From: Raillietiella orientalis
Taxonomy: Eukaryota
Reading direction: 5' to 3'
DNA length: 64,000 bases
NCBI GenBank assembly: GCA_036172245.1
Contig: JAYWIR010000017.1
Span: 3,720,001-3,784,000 of the forward strand
In this document: positions 12,133 to 25,400 of the stretch, piece after piece
How positions within the stretch are numbered: position 1 is the first letter of the stretch
How the letters are laid out: every line of letters begins with the position of its first letter
Translations under genes and position numbers: made by a program
Notes under the pieces: model-generated
Databases searched by the model: none
Seen by the model: the letters and a program-made list of their open reading frames with translations, nothing else
Told to the model about the DNA's origin: nothing

Positions 12133-13288
12133 CCAGAATAAAGAGAGCTTTGGGAGGAATCCGAAATTCGTGTCCGCCCGAGTCTCCGACATTCTGGAAT
12201 GTTCTCGACGAGGTCGATTGCTTGCTTGCCTCTTCGTAGTCCACCGCCTCTCGAAAGCGTTCGTTCTCCATCTCCTGATTTACGATGGGCGTCTCCCAGT
12301 TGTCTCAGACAATCCAGTAACGTTTCTTTCTTTCTTTCTTTTTTTTATCTTATGATTATTCTGGCGCAATTTGTTTTCCGTTATGATTGATGCTTGAGAT
12401 CCACTGATTCTGGGGACTTCTGGTCAGAGCAACCCGTGGGAAAGCACCTCCAACTGCAGCTACAATACGGAAGAAATGGGATAACTATCAAACCCAAGAC
12501 AGAACTCTGAACGAGGAGGCTGAGGAGCAATGAACACGCTGATGCAAAAGCAAAAAAAATCATGGTACGAAAGTGATGCATGACTATTGCGCAACCGCGC
12601 ATCAACTCCTGAAAAGCAAGGATCTGAAACAAATGTGGGAGGGGGAGGGGGGCATCGTGCATTGATGGGTAAGGAGTTCAAGAAAACAGCCTGAAACCTG
12701 GAGCTGAGTTTGTGAAGCGCCGTCCGAGGCATCAAGTGAGCACTGGGGAGAATTGTGGTCAGCACGCAGCAGACCAGACCCCTGCATTCCCATGGAAAAT
12801 TCGGAAGAACTGTCCCTTATATTAAACCAAGCTCTGCCGTGGAACATTGTAATCGCTGTGTCCTTGCCACTCTCGAAACTTCAGGAAGACTCTGGAATCC
12901 TCAATGGATTGGTGATCAGTAGCGCAAAGCAGAGGAGGCAGATTCCGATTCCGTGGCTCGTTCTGAGCCCCTGTCCATCCAAGAAGCAAGAAAAATTCTT
13001 ATAAAGAGAAGTGTCAAGCGACCCGTACATAGCAAAAACTTGTAGTCAGAGGTCATTTTTTTTTCCCTCTGTGAGATGGTATTTCCGCATTCTTTGGTTC
13101 TCACTTTGATCATCGATAGACAGATCCACCAATAGGAGCCTCCAAGAAACGCAGAGGTAAGGGATTGCCTGTGTGTGGCAATCATCCGATCCAGATGCGC
13201 GCTTCCTCAAAGTTGAAGAGATTGAACGTCGAGTTTATCAAGACACCATTCTCTATGAAGGGACTGAGCGTCCTCCTTCTTGAGACAC

Positions 13289-13560
13289 CTATCCACAAGC
13301 TCTTCTTTCACGACTTATGACAAAAAGGTGGTATGCGTCCCTGCGTCGGAGGTCACGTGGTCTTCGCTCGTGGCACCAAGCGTCGCGGGTTCGAATGCTC
13401 GGCAAGAATCGGCGCCGAGAGATGAGGATGCGTCGTGGGTTCGGATTCCCCTCCTGCAAGATGGAGATGGTTGGCCTCCATTCATTCATGCAGCTCCGGT
13501 ATCTGGTTAGAACCGGAAGCCCCCTGACGGGATGAGAAGTTGACCCTCCAGGGTCCTTCC
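13289..13560 (-). mobile_element. Possible LINE APE-endonuclease N-terminal relic
   Basis: HPVRGLPVLTRYRSCMNEWRPTISILQEG resembles the APE start 'NVRGL......PDIIxLQE'. Confidence 0.35.
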
Positions 13561-13904
13561 AGGAATCGGAATCAAGGAGTCGGTGGTCCCTTCCCTGGAT
13601 ACTCTTCAACTATAAGTGCTGACACGCACCCTCGGGTGGAACAGTGTTACAAGAGCTGCGTGAACCTCCAGGAGCGCGACGGTTCCTGAGATATCTTTTT
13701 ATTTGGTTCGCAGAGTATTTCAAGAACCGTCGCGAGTCTGGCGCTTCAAGCAGCTCTTCAATACTGTACCACCACGAAACAAAAAGAAGAAAACCTGAAG
13801 AAAAAAAAAAAAAGCTGAAAGGAAAACAGCGAAGGCAGAAAAGAACCCAAAAGGATTTCCATCATTCGTGTCTTGAGAGCTGTTCGGCATCCCTCCGGAG
13901 GAAG

Positions 13905-14635
13905 TGAAGTGGCCTCTAGCGTATTGGAACAGTGGCGCCCTCCCACTCAAGTGGTGGGAGTTGACGTTGCTGGTGGCTCAGGGGGGAATCCTGTGCAAAG
14001 CGCTCCCTCACCCCTGGACACGGGGGGGACTGTGGACGCTTAGAGCGCGGCAGGTGCGGGGAGACGAGGGAGACCCTCCCACATCTGCTGTTGGACTGTC
14101 CTACCTTCCGACACCTTTTGAGATCGCCTCACCATGATCCCAGGTATCCCGGCGAGCAGCTCCAGGGGCATTTTGAGACGCCTCTTCGCGTGCGGTGGTG
14201 CACTGCCGCCAGCCGCGTCCCGCGTTCCTCGCAGTCCTCCGTTGTCTTGGAGGGATCAGGATGGCGGTCTGGAACGCCAGGAGAAGAGGCCAAAATGGTA
14301 AGGACGCCATCCACCGGGCGCGGATCTTCCAGAAGACCGTCTCGAGATCACCCCACCTGGGCGAGATAAGAACGGAACTTGACAGCATCCTGAACAGGAT
14401 TCAGAGGACGTTGGGCGGCGTACCGTGATCCCTTTCTCGATCCCCCCCACCTCCCTGTGTACAATTTTCCCTCCCCTGTTTTACTGTGTTTATTTTTTTT
14501 TTCTGTTCTCATCTCGCCCGTGTTGCCGAAGCGGTCCTTGACGGTCTGCGCACCTCTCTTCGGCAAGTTCCTAGCACGTGGTAGAACCAAGGGTTCTACC
14601 ACACCAATGTATTTTCACTACTTTCCGTAATAAAT
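13905..14635 (+). mobile_element. 5'-truncated L1/Tx1-like element (zf-RVT, C-terminus and 3' UTR); copy D, related to copy A
   Basis: GALPLKWWELTLLVAQGGILCKALPHPWTR, then a frameshift, then GRCGETRETLPHLLLDCPTF...GIRMAVWNARRR, with a stop at 14428. A C/T-rich 3' UTR follows, with AATAAA near 14629. Confidence 0.7.
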
Positions 14636-14721
14636 GCCCCGACATAACCAGGTGATTCGTGTCTTAATCTTTCACTTTGTCACATCGACATGTGCCAGAG
14701 TGGAAGATCAAGAACTTCAAT

Positions 14722-14932
14722 TTCCAAAATAGACAGACAAAAGTTCTGAAATTGAGAGCAGTGAGGATGGAACGTTGAACTGGAGGCGCCTGCCAAAGCG
14801 AAAGATTTACCAGGGAAGCATGCTGAGGATGGTAGCAGCACAGTTGTTGGCTCTTGACACTAAAGAGATACCGACTCGGTGAGAACGCTCAGATCGATTT
14901 CTATGGAAGAACTGAACGGTAAGTGGCTCATC
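14722..14932 (+). repeat. 211-bp direct repeat, copy 1 (identical to 17795-18005)
   Basis: Base-by-base comparison of TTCCAAAATAGACAGAC...GGTAAGTGGCTCATC shows no differences; offset 3073 bp. Confidence 0.97.
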
Positions 14933-17794
14933 TTGTGATTTCGATTCATAAGGTCACACACTCCTATCCATCGACAAGCACTGCACCCTTTCCAGTCCCA
15001 GAGGCTTCACGCCCATCACATCCTCGGCTGTCAATCATTCGTGAGCCACTCTCCTCCATACTCACAATACTGCACAGCATGGGACAAGGCCTTCCGTGGA
15101 GGAAGATGAGAAGATGAGAGAAATTAAGAGAAAACTGGATTTGGAAGTTCCTACTGCCAGCCTTCCAGCTTGGAATCGCAGCTTGGAAGCGACACAAAGA
15201 ATGTGCACAGACGTGGTAAATACAGCGAGGAACGAAAGTTCCTCTCGGTATTTACCAACGCCCCCCATACACTTTCAGGTAGCACTTCCGTGCAGGGAAT
15301 GAGTTTGGCTCTTCATCCAGATGATGGATGGGAACCAGGGAAGAGAAACGACCCTAATCCCGTTTACTCAGAGGTGTACTTTAAAGAGTTTTAAGGACTG
15401 ACATGCGTTCCTTGACACAAAGTACGACGAATAGCATCGCACGACAACTGTGCCACCTTCAAGTGGTCAAGCAAATAAAGCAACCGGCGCTCCCGTCGGG
15501 ACGTCCGCGAACACCTTCGTGATAGATAGTAGAGATGTAGAGGTGGTGCTTTTTTGGCCAGTGGGACCCTGTGCCTCAGCGTAACTTCTGACGGATTTTA
15601 CCCAAGAGTCGCGTTACAACTGCATCCGTGTGACTCCGATCAACTTCGTTCTCCCCTCTGTTCTAAAAAAAAAAAAAGAAAAACCCAAGAAGAAGATGCT
15701 TTTGCGGAGCGAAGGATGGCAAGAGAACAAATGCTGTAGATCAGTCTGTGGAGAATGTTCTTCCGGAAACTTGGAAACGGAATTTGCTGATCCAGTCATG
15801 TCTTCCACGATTTTTGGCGACCGATCGATACGCGTTCAAAAACGACTGGTTTCCGTGTTGAGTTTCCATATGCTAGGTCTAGTGGTGAATGTCTTTGAAA
15901 ATGTGATCATGGAACCGAAAAAGAGAGAAAAAAAAGAAATATGTGATTTTTCGCGATCGGGAGAAGCCACTGGGATTCTCGTATTTTGCGGATTTTTTCC
16001 CACAGGACAGAGGCACAAAAGTTTTGTGATCGAGAGCCTTCCCTATGATGCGAGAATGCATTGGCTTTACGTGGGTCGACTTACCGCCCTAGAAAGCCTC
16101 CCCCATGTTACCCCAGGTCAAGCGAGGCGTAGATCGCTCTTCCATGAGAGAATGGGAGCAGTTGTATTTTCATGCCCCATTCAGTGTTGCAGAAGTCCAT
16201 CCAAGGACGCACGATGGGACCTTCCAGAGATGGGGTTTTTGTTAGTTGGTTCCAGACCAGAAATCGACGCCATCTTCTCGGACAGAAGGAGAAACGGCAT
16301 TGGTTTTGGGGAAGTCAGAAACTGCTGACCAATCGCCAACTTCTCGCTCCCACAGATCTTTGGGGAAAAAACAAGGGACCAGAGAAAAATCCCTTCTACC
16401 CAAGAGAAAATTGCCATTTTCAGCGCCTTCCCTTCCAAAGCACCGGAACGAAAAACGGTGCTGCGGTGCACCTCAGTGCAAAGAAAGCAGCTTAGAACCC
16501 GACCTGCCACAAGTGGTGCCATCATGAAAAGATATGGGCAGGGAGAGTCATCTGAAATCACTACAGAGCACACTTGAAACCTAGGGGATGGAGAAACCTT
16601 CCACCTGCCTCAGGTGCGTGTTGCTTAAAATTAGGCAAAGCCGGGAATGATTATTCTTCCAAGCAGACATCTCATGGTCGACCCATTTTTGATCGCAAGA
16701 ACAAGAATCTCCCTTTTGTTCTGCTGCTCATGGTGACGAGAAAAAAACAGTCGTAGCACTGGCAGTAACGCCGCAAAATCCAAATCCTCATTAGACAGCC
16801 ACAAAATCACCCCCACCAGCTGTTGTCGGGTCTCGCCACTGATGTGATACGTTGACTCCTACGAACGTTCGACTCGGAGCGCAGCTAACCTTCAGGAGGG
16901 AGAGGAACCGATTTCAAGCCGTTTGCAGGACGGAGGGTTAGGGAGAGGGCAAGAGCACTGCCCCCCCCCCCGTATCTCGAAAATCCGATGGTTTGCCTCC
17001 TCGCAGTTCGGATCCTTTCAAAGGGAAAGATCCGAAGCGGCGTGGTCCTTTGCGATTCCTTTCGACACCGTGCTTTCAGGTTCGCTGCGTCCTGGTTCCT
17101 TGCACCACGGTAGCTCTTGCAGAAGGAGCCTTCCAGTGAGAAATTCCGTTCCTTGAATCGCACAGTCGTGGAAGAGAGCAGAAGCGACCAATCCTTGTTC
17201 TCAGATTCTCGGAATTCACCGACCTAATGAAGAAGAAGGGGAAAAGTGGGAAACGGAACCCTGTATCTGGATTCGGGTTCGCTTCCGAAACTTTCCCTTT
17301 CGCGAAAAGGCTCTCTTCTTTTCTTCGCTCATCTCCACACCTTAAAGTATGTTAAATACGGCGGAGGCGCTCGTGCATGGCGTGACCACTGACACTGGTT
17401 TCTCTTTTTCCTTTGCTGCCTCCCTCCTTTTTTGCTGCACGATGTTGTGCTTAGCGCCGCCTCCATCTTCCGGCGATCAAAGGAATAAATAGCCAGCGAA
17501 CTGGTTTTCGTGATGAATAGTTCCATCTTTTTTATCGACACCGTCCTTGTAAAGTGTTTTTTTTTTCCTTTTTGTGTATGTTGTTACTGTCAAGAAACCT
17601 GCAGTTTTCTAGGAAAGCCTCTGGCGAAATTCGTGGCACCACTTGAACGCCGAAAACGAGCCGTCATGGGACTTGCGTTAACGCGATGCCAGGAACGGTT
17701 TTTCTTCGAGGGTCCCCAGTCCCTTTCCTGGAACGCAGCTGCGAAACGCGGCTGGTGCAAGCCAAGCAGCGATATTCTTGACCTGTCACCCTGC

Positions 17795-18005
17795 TTCCAA
17801 AATAGACAGACAAAAGTTCTGAAATTGAGAGCAGTGAGGATGGAACGTTGAACTGGAGGCGCCTGCCAAAGCGAAAGATTTACCAGGGAAGCATGCTGAG
17901 GATGGTAGCAGCACAGTTGTTGGCTCTTGACACTAAAGAGATACCGACTCGGTGAGAACGCTCAGATCGATTTCTATGGAAGAACTGAACGGTAAGTGGC
18001 TCATC
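17795..18005 (+). repeat. 211-bp direct repeat, copy 2 (identical to 14722-14932)
   Basis: Same comparison as copy 1; flanking sequences are unrelated on both sides. Confidence 0.97.
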
Positions 18006-19448
18006 ACTTTAGACTGTCGCCGTCGACTGCCACGTCCTGTATGAGATGCACCCTAAGAACGCTCGAGTGTCTTCGCCGCTAAACTTCTCTTGCAGTGCCA
18101 CTCGGAGGAATCTGAGTGGAACTGTCTAGATGTCCGCCTAACAAATCCTTGCATTTGCTGCGAGAATGCTAAATCCTCCAGAAGTTCCAGTCATCGTCCT
18201 CATTTCGAGCTTTGAAATGACTTCAATCTTCCCACTCGAGGCGCTACCTGATCTGCGACCCTGGAACACAAAACTCTCAATGGTACCCGGACAATTACAC
18301 GTCGATTTCTTTCTCTTGGAGGAGGCGCCATGCGGATGTCTTGCGTGTGCGTGTGCGTGTTCTGTCTGCTCGATGATTGGAAGCTCAAAGAGGGATGCAC
18401 ATCTGATTGGATCCGCAGAATTCTTCTTCTCTGAGCACCCTCAGCTTTCCCATCAATGAATTCGATCGCGTTTAACCACTGAGGTGATTATCATCTTTCA
18501 AAATACTTCCAATCCGTTCGGACCCTTTCTGCCAGTACCCTCGTCTTTCAGCTACCATGCGCAGGGCGGTGTAGGACAGAGGTTTCCTGGGGGTCACGTT
18601 AATAACGGAATTGCAGGATCCCAAATGAAAGAGGCAAAAGCTTCGAAAAGAGTTTCCGGGTTGCAGTGAAACCAAGTAAGATTGTGGCGGGAAGAAAACT
18701 CAGATCCGAAGCAGATATGGAAGATAAACGTCCCTCAAGTTGTTCCGGGTTTCCTCTGCGTGTGCTATGGGCGCTCAGGAAGCCCGGAAGAGATTGTAGG
18801 AGAGATAGTAGAGAGATACTTCTTATGTGAAATTTCTGACTCCCAAAGCCCAAGAGAAAAGGAGAATCAGCGTGCAAGAATCACAATCCGGACACAATCA
18901 AGGGATGGCTTCCTTTTAGAAGTTCACCTTTGAATGTGCGATCTCTGCTTAGAAGAAACCAAACTCGATGAGAATTGGAATTCTTGGGTTCGTCATCATT
19001 GCTTAGGAATTTCTATCCGATGGTAGTGCAGGTACCACCTCTCCTAGTTAAGCAACACATCTCTGGATAACAGCAGAAATGAAGTATACAGAAGGAAACG
19101 AAATAATCTTAGCAAATCGTCAAGATGCTTTAGGGTCTCTTGGGTTTGAAATGAGAATTCAAGTGGGAAAAAAAGAATCGCCATTTCAGCATCCTTACGA
19201 TCTGAACGATTCCAACGTGGCACAGTTGCCAAGAGAGGCTGTCGTTCTACGAAAAATCGATACTCGTTCGATCCGGTTGGTAATTGAATTTTTTTTTTTA
19301 TGAAACGGCACCCCATCCACTCTTCGTTTGGCTCCCTCATCTTACAGTCACGGTGATCCGGGCCATTCTGTTTCCATGAGGGTGAAAAACAGTCAGCATG
19401 TAGCACACTCCCTGCAAGCAAAGAAAAAAAAACGCCGGTGATGTGTAA

Positions 19449-19469
19449 ACCTCAGACTGAGTCTGAGGT
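19449..19469. repeat. Short perfect palindrome (10-bp arms)
   Basis: ACCTCAGACT-G-AGTCTGAGGT. Confidence 0.8.
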
Positions 19470-22400
19470 CTAAGCATTAGAATTTCCTTATGTGTTCACT
19501 CAGACGCATAAGGAAAAGTAAAGCCCTTTCATGAAATGTGAGATTCTGGAAGAGCGCAAGACTTCTTTGGGATGCTTTCAGTAGATGAAATTCTCCTCGT
19601 GTGGAATCAGCGTAATTCCATCAAACAGATTGTTTTTCGGCCGTCAATCTCGCCAAAGAGCACCCCTTGCTTTCTTGTTGCTTGCAAAGACTGGAAAATG
19701 TCGCTGGCGGTTCCACCTCACCAAGAGTAGGCCAAAAAGGACCTACTCTTGGTGATGAAGTGTCATAAAGCGGTGGTTTCCTTAATGTTGGTCCACAAGC
19801 CACTTTAGGGGAAATGTAGAAGTAAATATACTCAAGCTGTGAAATTTCCTTTGAAGCTTATGAGAAGCTGTGAAACTTTCATGTATCTGTTTATTTTTAA
19901 AAAAGGAAGAAAAAGCACTTCGATTTTCTAATGCACTGCTCAGATCCGCTCTGGTCGCTTCAGATGAAAACCAAGCTTCAGAAGTTTTCAGGTTGATTAA
20001 TTAAACTGGTTTTTGGGGTAATTATGTATTTGCTCTCGTCAAATTTTGACCAAAGCACATCTTCCTGTTGAAAGAGAACATCTGCGTACTTTGTGGTAAG
20101 ATCTTCAAAAAATTTTCAAAATATGGTTCGCCGAAATGCACGTTCGACATGCAAAAGGGGAACCTGGTTGGACTTTATAAGCGAAATGTCAGAAAGGCCA
20201 GTACCCTAATCTTAGAAACGTCTCCCCAAAACGAATCTCTTACTTCAGAACCCCACACATTTGTTCTTCTCCAATGTGAGGAATTGGCACACGGACCGGC
20301 TGTCTGACTGAAAGCCGGGGCTTGAGTTCTGAATTCCTACATTTATTATCTCTCCTGATTTTAAACACTCGGTGCAGAAAAAAAAAAAAAAAAAACGAAT
20401 CCAGAGAAACTCCATTGAACAATTCTTTGCTGCCACGAGAATCCTTGATTTATGGCTCGCAGCCAGTTTCGAAAAACCTGAGGAATCACTGGCATAAAGG
20501 ATGGAAGTCGCAGTCTGCCGTCGAAATAAGAGACTTCTCTGGTTATTAAACCATTACTCTTCACTGTGTGAACAAACTTCAACTACTGATCTTGAGAAAT
20601 TATCAGCAAGTTCTCTGGGTATCATTTCAAATGTCTCCCGTACCATTATGCAACGTAACAGTACGAGAAACGAAGGGCATTATCTACACTTTTGCAAGAG
20701 AGTAAAAACTTTTTCCACCTCGCAACGCGTGCATTTTTATGGCATCAGATAAAGGGCACTGGTGATCTTCCTCACGACATTCTCTTGGCAACTGATAAGG
20801 GAGTCTTCCTACCAAGAAGAAGCGAGACTATTCTCACAGGGTGCTTCACCAAACTACCCAAAACCAGCGAAGTTTGCGAGAGCAGTTCTACTGCTCCACA
20901 AACGAATCCGTGTTTGCAGAGGTGTGAATCCCTGAAAATCAATGCCTTTATTAATGGATTTTCCAGTAATAACGAAGTGAAAGCCATTGTGCCAGGTACA
21001 TTTTTTTTTTTTTTTTTTTTGGGGGGGGGGGATGAAACGGAAAGCGGGAAGCTTTTCCATGCGACATTACGACCAACAGCACGAGGGAAGTATCGCATCC
21101 AATTCCATCTGATTCAGACATGAATGAATGACGAATACGGGGGTCCGTTAAGAAGTTATACCAAAGAGGACATAACGTGCCTCGAGAGACGAAGAAAAAG
21201 CGCAGCAACAACCACTAGAAGGCAACTAGATCTACTAGATCTCACCAGATATTAGATTAAAGAAGAAAAAAAACGAACGACAAAAGGAAGGGTTCCCGAT
21301 GAAAAACAGAAGAAAGAAGCAATCTGGAATCGTAAGGTTAATGCAATCAAGATGGAAGTAATCCTGGATGCAATGTAATGGGGCATGAGCTTTCCCCAAA
21401 CGCCAAACCACATTCTTCAAATTAATAGAAACCTAAATATCCGAAGCTTATAGTCTACTCATACATTATAGTATTAAGTATATGTTACACTCCATAGATT
21501 TAGAGGAAGCTAGTCCTGGAGTCCCAAACAATTTTTCACCTCCTGTATTTTGAAACTCTTTATAAAAATCCTTATTTTTCGTATTTATATCAAATCATCT
21601 TCAAAACGTGAAAGCACGGTCACAACGGTGATCTTCAGAAAATTGTCTTAATGCGTGTTAAGTGTATGGGTCAAAAAGTCATCTCGAAAGGGCATCTCAC
21701 ACACACATGCTCAATATGTAGACTTTTTTTCCTGGTTGCTCTCTCAGGGAACGATATTCCACCTTTTGTTTCGAGTGGGATCTAAAATTATGCAGGGGAT
21801 CCATTTACGTTATCTCCCATGGAACTCCCCCAAAAAAGCGAAAATATATCCACTCTTTTTTTATTAGTATTATTAATGCTGACTTCGTACAGCTATAAAC
21901 ACAACGTAAGCCCTATGCAAAAGCTGCGCTTGAGGACCTTTTGCCTCCCACGATCAGAACCACCTTAGATCTCGATTCCTGCGAGATTACCGGTTCCATT
22001 AGAAACTCGACAGCCGGTTTTGTCTCCCAAAAGCTTCTGGAAAACTCTGAGCTTTTTTGTGCAAACACGTGAAGAAAGTAAATAATCAAATCGGAGGAAC
22101 AACACGCAACAGAATGCAACTCTTTAAATCAATTCGGCTCCAGAAGAGGTCGGTCCGGTGTTTTCCCTTTGGACAAAATGCCCAAGGGGGGAAAGGGGAG
22201 GGGGGGGGGAAGCTGCTTTTTTTCTGAAAGAGATACAAAAGACAACATTCTACCACATCTAAAAGTGAAGCATACTCTTGGATCATCACTGCGCAGAGAA
22301 CACACACACACACAAATGCATGTGAACACAAGGTGAATTGCACGATTCTTAAGTACGGTACAATGCGATTTTCGTGAATGCAACGGTACTTGCGACCAGT

Positions 22401-25400
22401 CTCGGCCGCTGTAACCGGAACTCACCTTTCTCCATCATACGTAAACTTTGAAATTACACAGCAAAAAACTCAATAGAATACGACTAGAGAAATAGAGAGA
22501 GAGAGAGAGATGAAACCGATTGATTGGAACCGAGATTTGAGAAAGCATCTCATAAAACTGCCTTTATTATTTGGCAATTGGGCATTTAACAGTCGCAAAA
22601 GAACATGGGATTGACTGACTTTCTGTGACAACATGGGCAAAAACTTGGAATGTATCAGAGGCACAAGAACATTCCCATGGAAACAGATCGATCCACGAAA
22701 GAGAGCCATCAATCACGTCAAAATGCGTCGAGAAAGAAGCGTTCTAAAAATGATCTAAAACGGTCATCATGCTTTTTCTTTTTTCCCAAAAGCGTGGAAA
22801 ACATTTAGAAAGAACACTTCGATTCAGAAACAAAGTAGGAAAAATCCGGTAAAATGAAAAATGCAATGCCACTTTCTCTGAGGTAGTAAAACATCATCAC
22901 GATGAAAATGCTCAAATTGCTGCACACCAGAAGGATGACCCAGATACTCCTTAATCCATAATAAGTGAACTGAACGAACGTGTAGCTTAGATAAATATGA
23001 TCTTATAGACTTCCAAACGAGTTATGCAAACGAAAATATATAAAGGACCGTCAAACCATTTAGCTTCTAGAAGGCTTTCGATCAAAATGACGAAAAAGAG
23101 CGAAGCTGTCATCCGACCAGCTTTTTCCATTACCGAAATCGCAATTAAGCTCGTAAAATTTCATTTTCTGGGAACAGAGGAGGGTTCTTTTCCCCGTTGG
23201 CTACGCAAAAGAAGGAGATGGTTCATTTTCCGGAAAAGATCAGTTCACAACACTTGTAAGCTGTGATTACGAAGTTGCACATTTCACGATCATTATCTGA
23301 AGAAAACTGGCATCATCCGCAGCCTTGCATGGTGAACGTTTGGGTGGTGGAGGATTCTTCAAGGTGCACGCAACACTTTTCTGCAGTGGCTGAGCAGGGC
23401 TGCAAGTTCTGGGGTGTGCTGCCATTTCCTTGGTCTGGAATCGTGCTCGCTTGTCAACAGACTAAACGGTGCTATCCAGCATCCTCGCCTTGCTACGAAG
23501 GAAGGGTTCCTCTGACTCCCGTTTTCGGGAACTCTGTGGCTGCTCGCAAAACTGCTTCATTTTATAACGGCATTTTGCACAAAACTTTGATCCGGTCGAA
23601 TGGCAGCTACGATGTTGTTGCTGGTGAAGAGGCTGAAGCATTACTGCTTTCCGCTGATCTGTCTAGCTGGACGCCATCTCATCTAAGCAAATGAGACGTT
23701 CGTTTCGCCTTCGATGCCATGCACGCGAAACTTGCAGGGAAAACCATCATACTCCAAGGCGCCCGTGGGCATTTACAAACATCCTTTGAAGATGGGGCTT
23801 CGTGCCAGTCTGGGTAACGCGCCGTTTTAAGTAACGGCACCTAAAGTAGCTGCCAAAGAAAATTGTAATGTATTTAGTATTGTTTACCGTACAGTTTCGA
23901 TGCCTTTTCCCAGGGCATGGATCGAAACAAGGAAAAGAGAAGCTGGGAAAAGCGAAAACAGCACTCTGCAGTTCATGTTCTGTCGACCCGAGCTTGTGCG
24001 ATGTACGAACTATCTGCTTTGATATTTGGCAACATTCTACGTTACTGGAAAAAGGAACCTCAACCCCGAAAATGCCCATTCGGTCATACGCAACCCCAGG
24101 TCATAGCTTGCTCCCATAACCTAGTGCAGGAGGAGGAGATACTTACCACATGAAAAAAAAAATCACACACATATAAAATCAAACGTACAAATAGCATTTA
24201 AAAAATGTACTGCAAACTACATTTGGAAAACTTATTTATCGATACATGGTCTTTTAGGGAGAACTCTCCCCCTCCCCGGGGGGGGATGCTCTTTGATTAA
24301 ATGTAAGTAATAAGGGTCTCACTTAATCGAAATATCCAAGTTCCTGTATTTTAAAAGCTACTTGTGGAGCTCCTGCTCCTGCTACCATCTCAACCTTGTT
24401 CATCCGACGTGCAAGGCCAATATACGCCCCTAAGAGGCACTTCGACGTTTCCCATCAGCAGCATCCAAAAATCTTGCAGTCATCCGCCAACACCGAACTC
24501 GAAGGAAGGAGGAAAGGAGGGCTACCGCTACTTGTGGAAGTACAACAGACTTGTACATGATTCGAAAAGCGTGTTGAAACACGATTATCTTACTATGAAT
24601 ACATAATAGTTCAATGAATAGCACCAAACTTTCTTTGCTGAAGACTTGGAAAGGCTCGTAGAAGTTCGATTCGTTTTCAATTTGTATTTTCGGTAGCACC
24701 AAATAGCACTTCGGGAGTCCTTCTAAATTTACAACAGAGAGAGATCTTGAATAAATTTGATAATTTTAATCATTTAATAATTTAAACAATAATACGTACC
24801 TAGGCAAGTGGACTGCTTTCACCTTGTAAATATAAAATGTCACTCCCATTTTGCATTCATACTTCAAGCCTACTTTCCATACTGTCAGGGAATTTCTCAT
24901 TTGCGTTCCTAAATGCAAATGCAAAAGAAAAAACTTTTCCTTTTTTTTTTCTGCATTTCATTTTGGAGCAACTTTTAAAGCACCGGTCCAGCAAGAAGCT
25001 GCGTGGAAAGAAAGGAAGAAGAAATACTTATAAAGCTTCTGAAATGGGATCTTCGTATCAACAAGGGGATCCCCTTGAACAGGCCGCTATCAGAAAATTC
25101 CACCAGCATTTTTAATTTCTGATGAATTTACAGTATTGAAAGTTCACTAGGAATTCATCACTGATGAAAAGAAGCTTCCCGATGCTGATAAGTTTGGTTT
25201 CAAAAGCTCCGATCAAATCAACAAGACCAACGGTCGAATTTGTGAAATAAGATTGGAATCCCCCGTGCAAAATGTTTTGCTGTTGAGTTCCCAGATTACG
25301 AATCATGTGAATGGTCCATTGTGCTCCATTTCTCGAACATAATCTGTATTTAACCATGATTTGTTTCAAGTTTGGAACGGTGAGATGACTGCGTTTCGAG

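Noticed and set aside
14722..18005. LTR retrotransposon or TRIM bounded by the 211-bp repeats
   Set aside because: No TG...CA termini, TSD, PBS/PPT or gag/pol motifs were seen in the interior.
25119..25145. Hammerhead ribozyme core (CTGATGA...GAAA)
   Set aside because: Stem II cannot form and there are no flanking helices.
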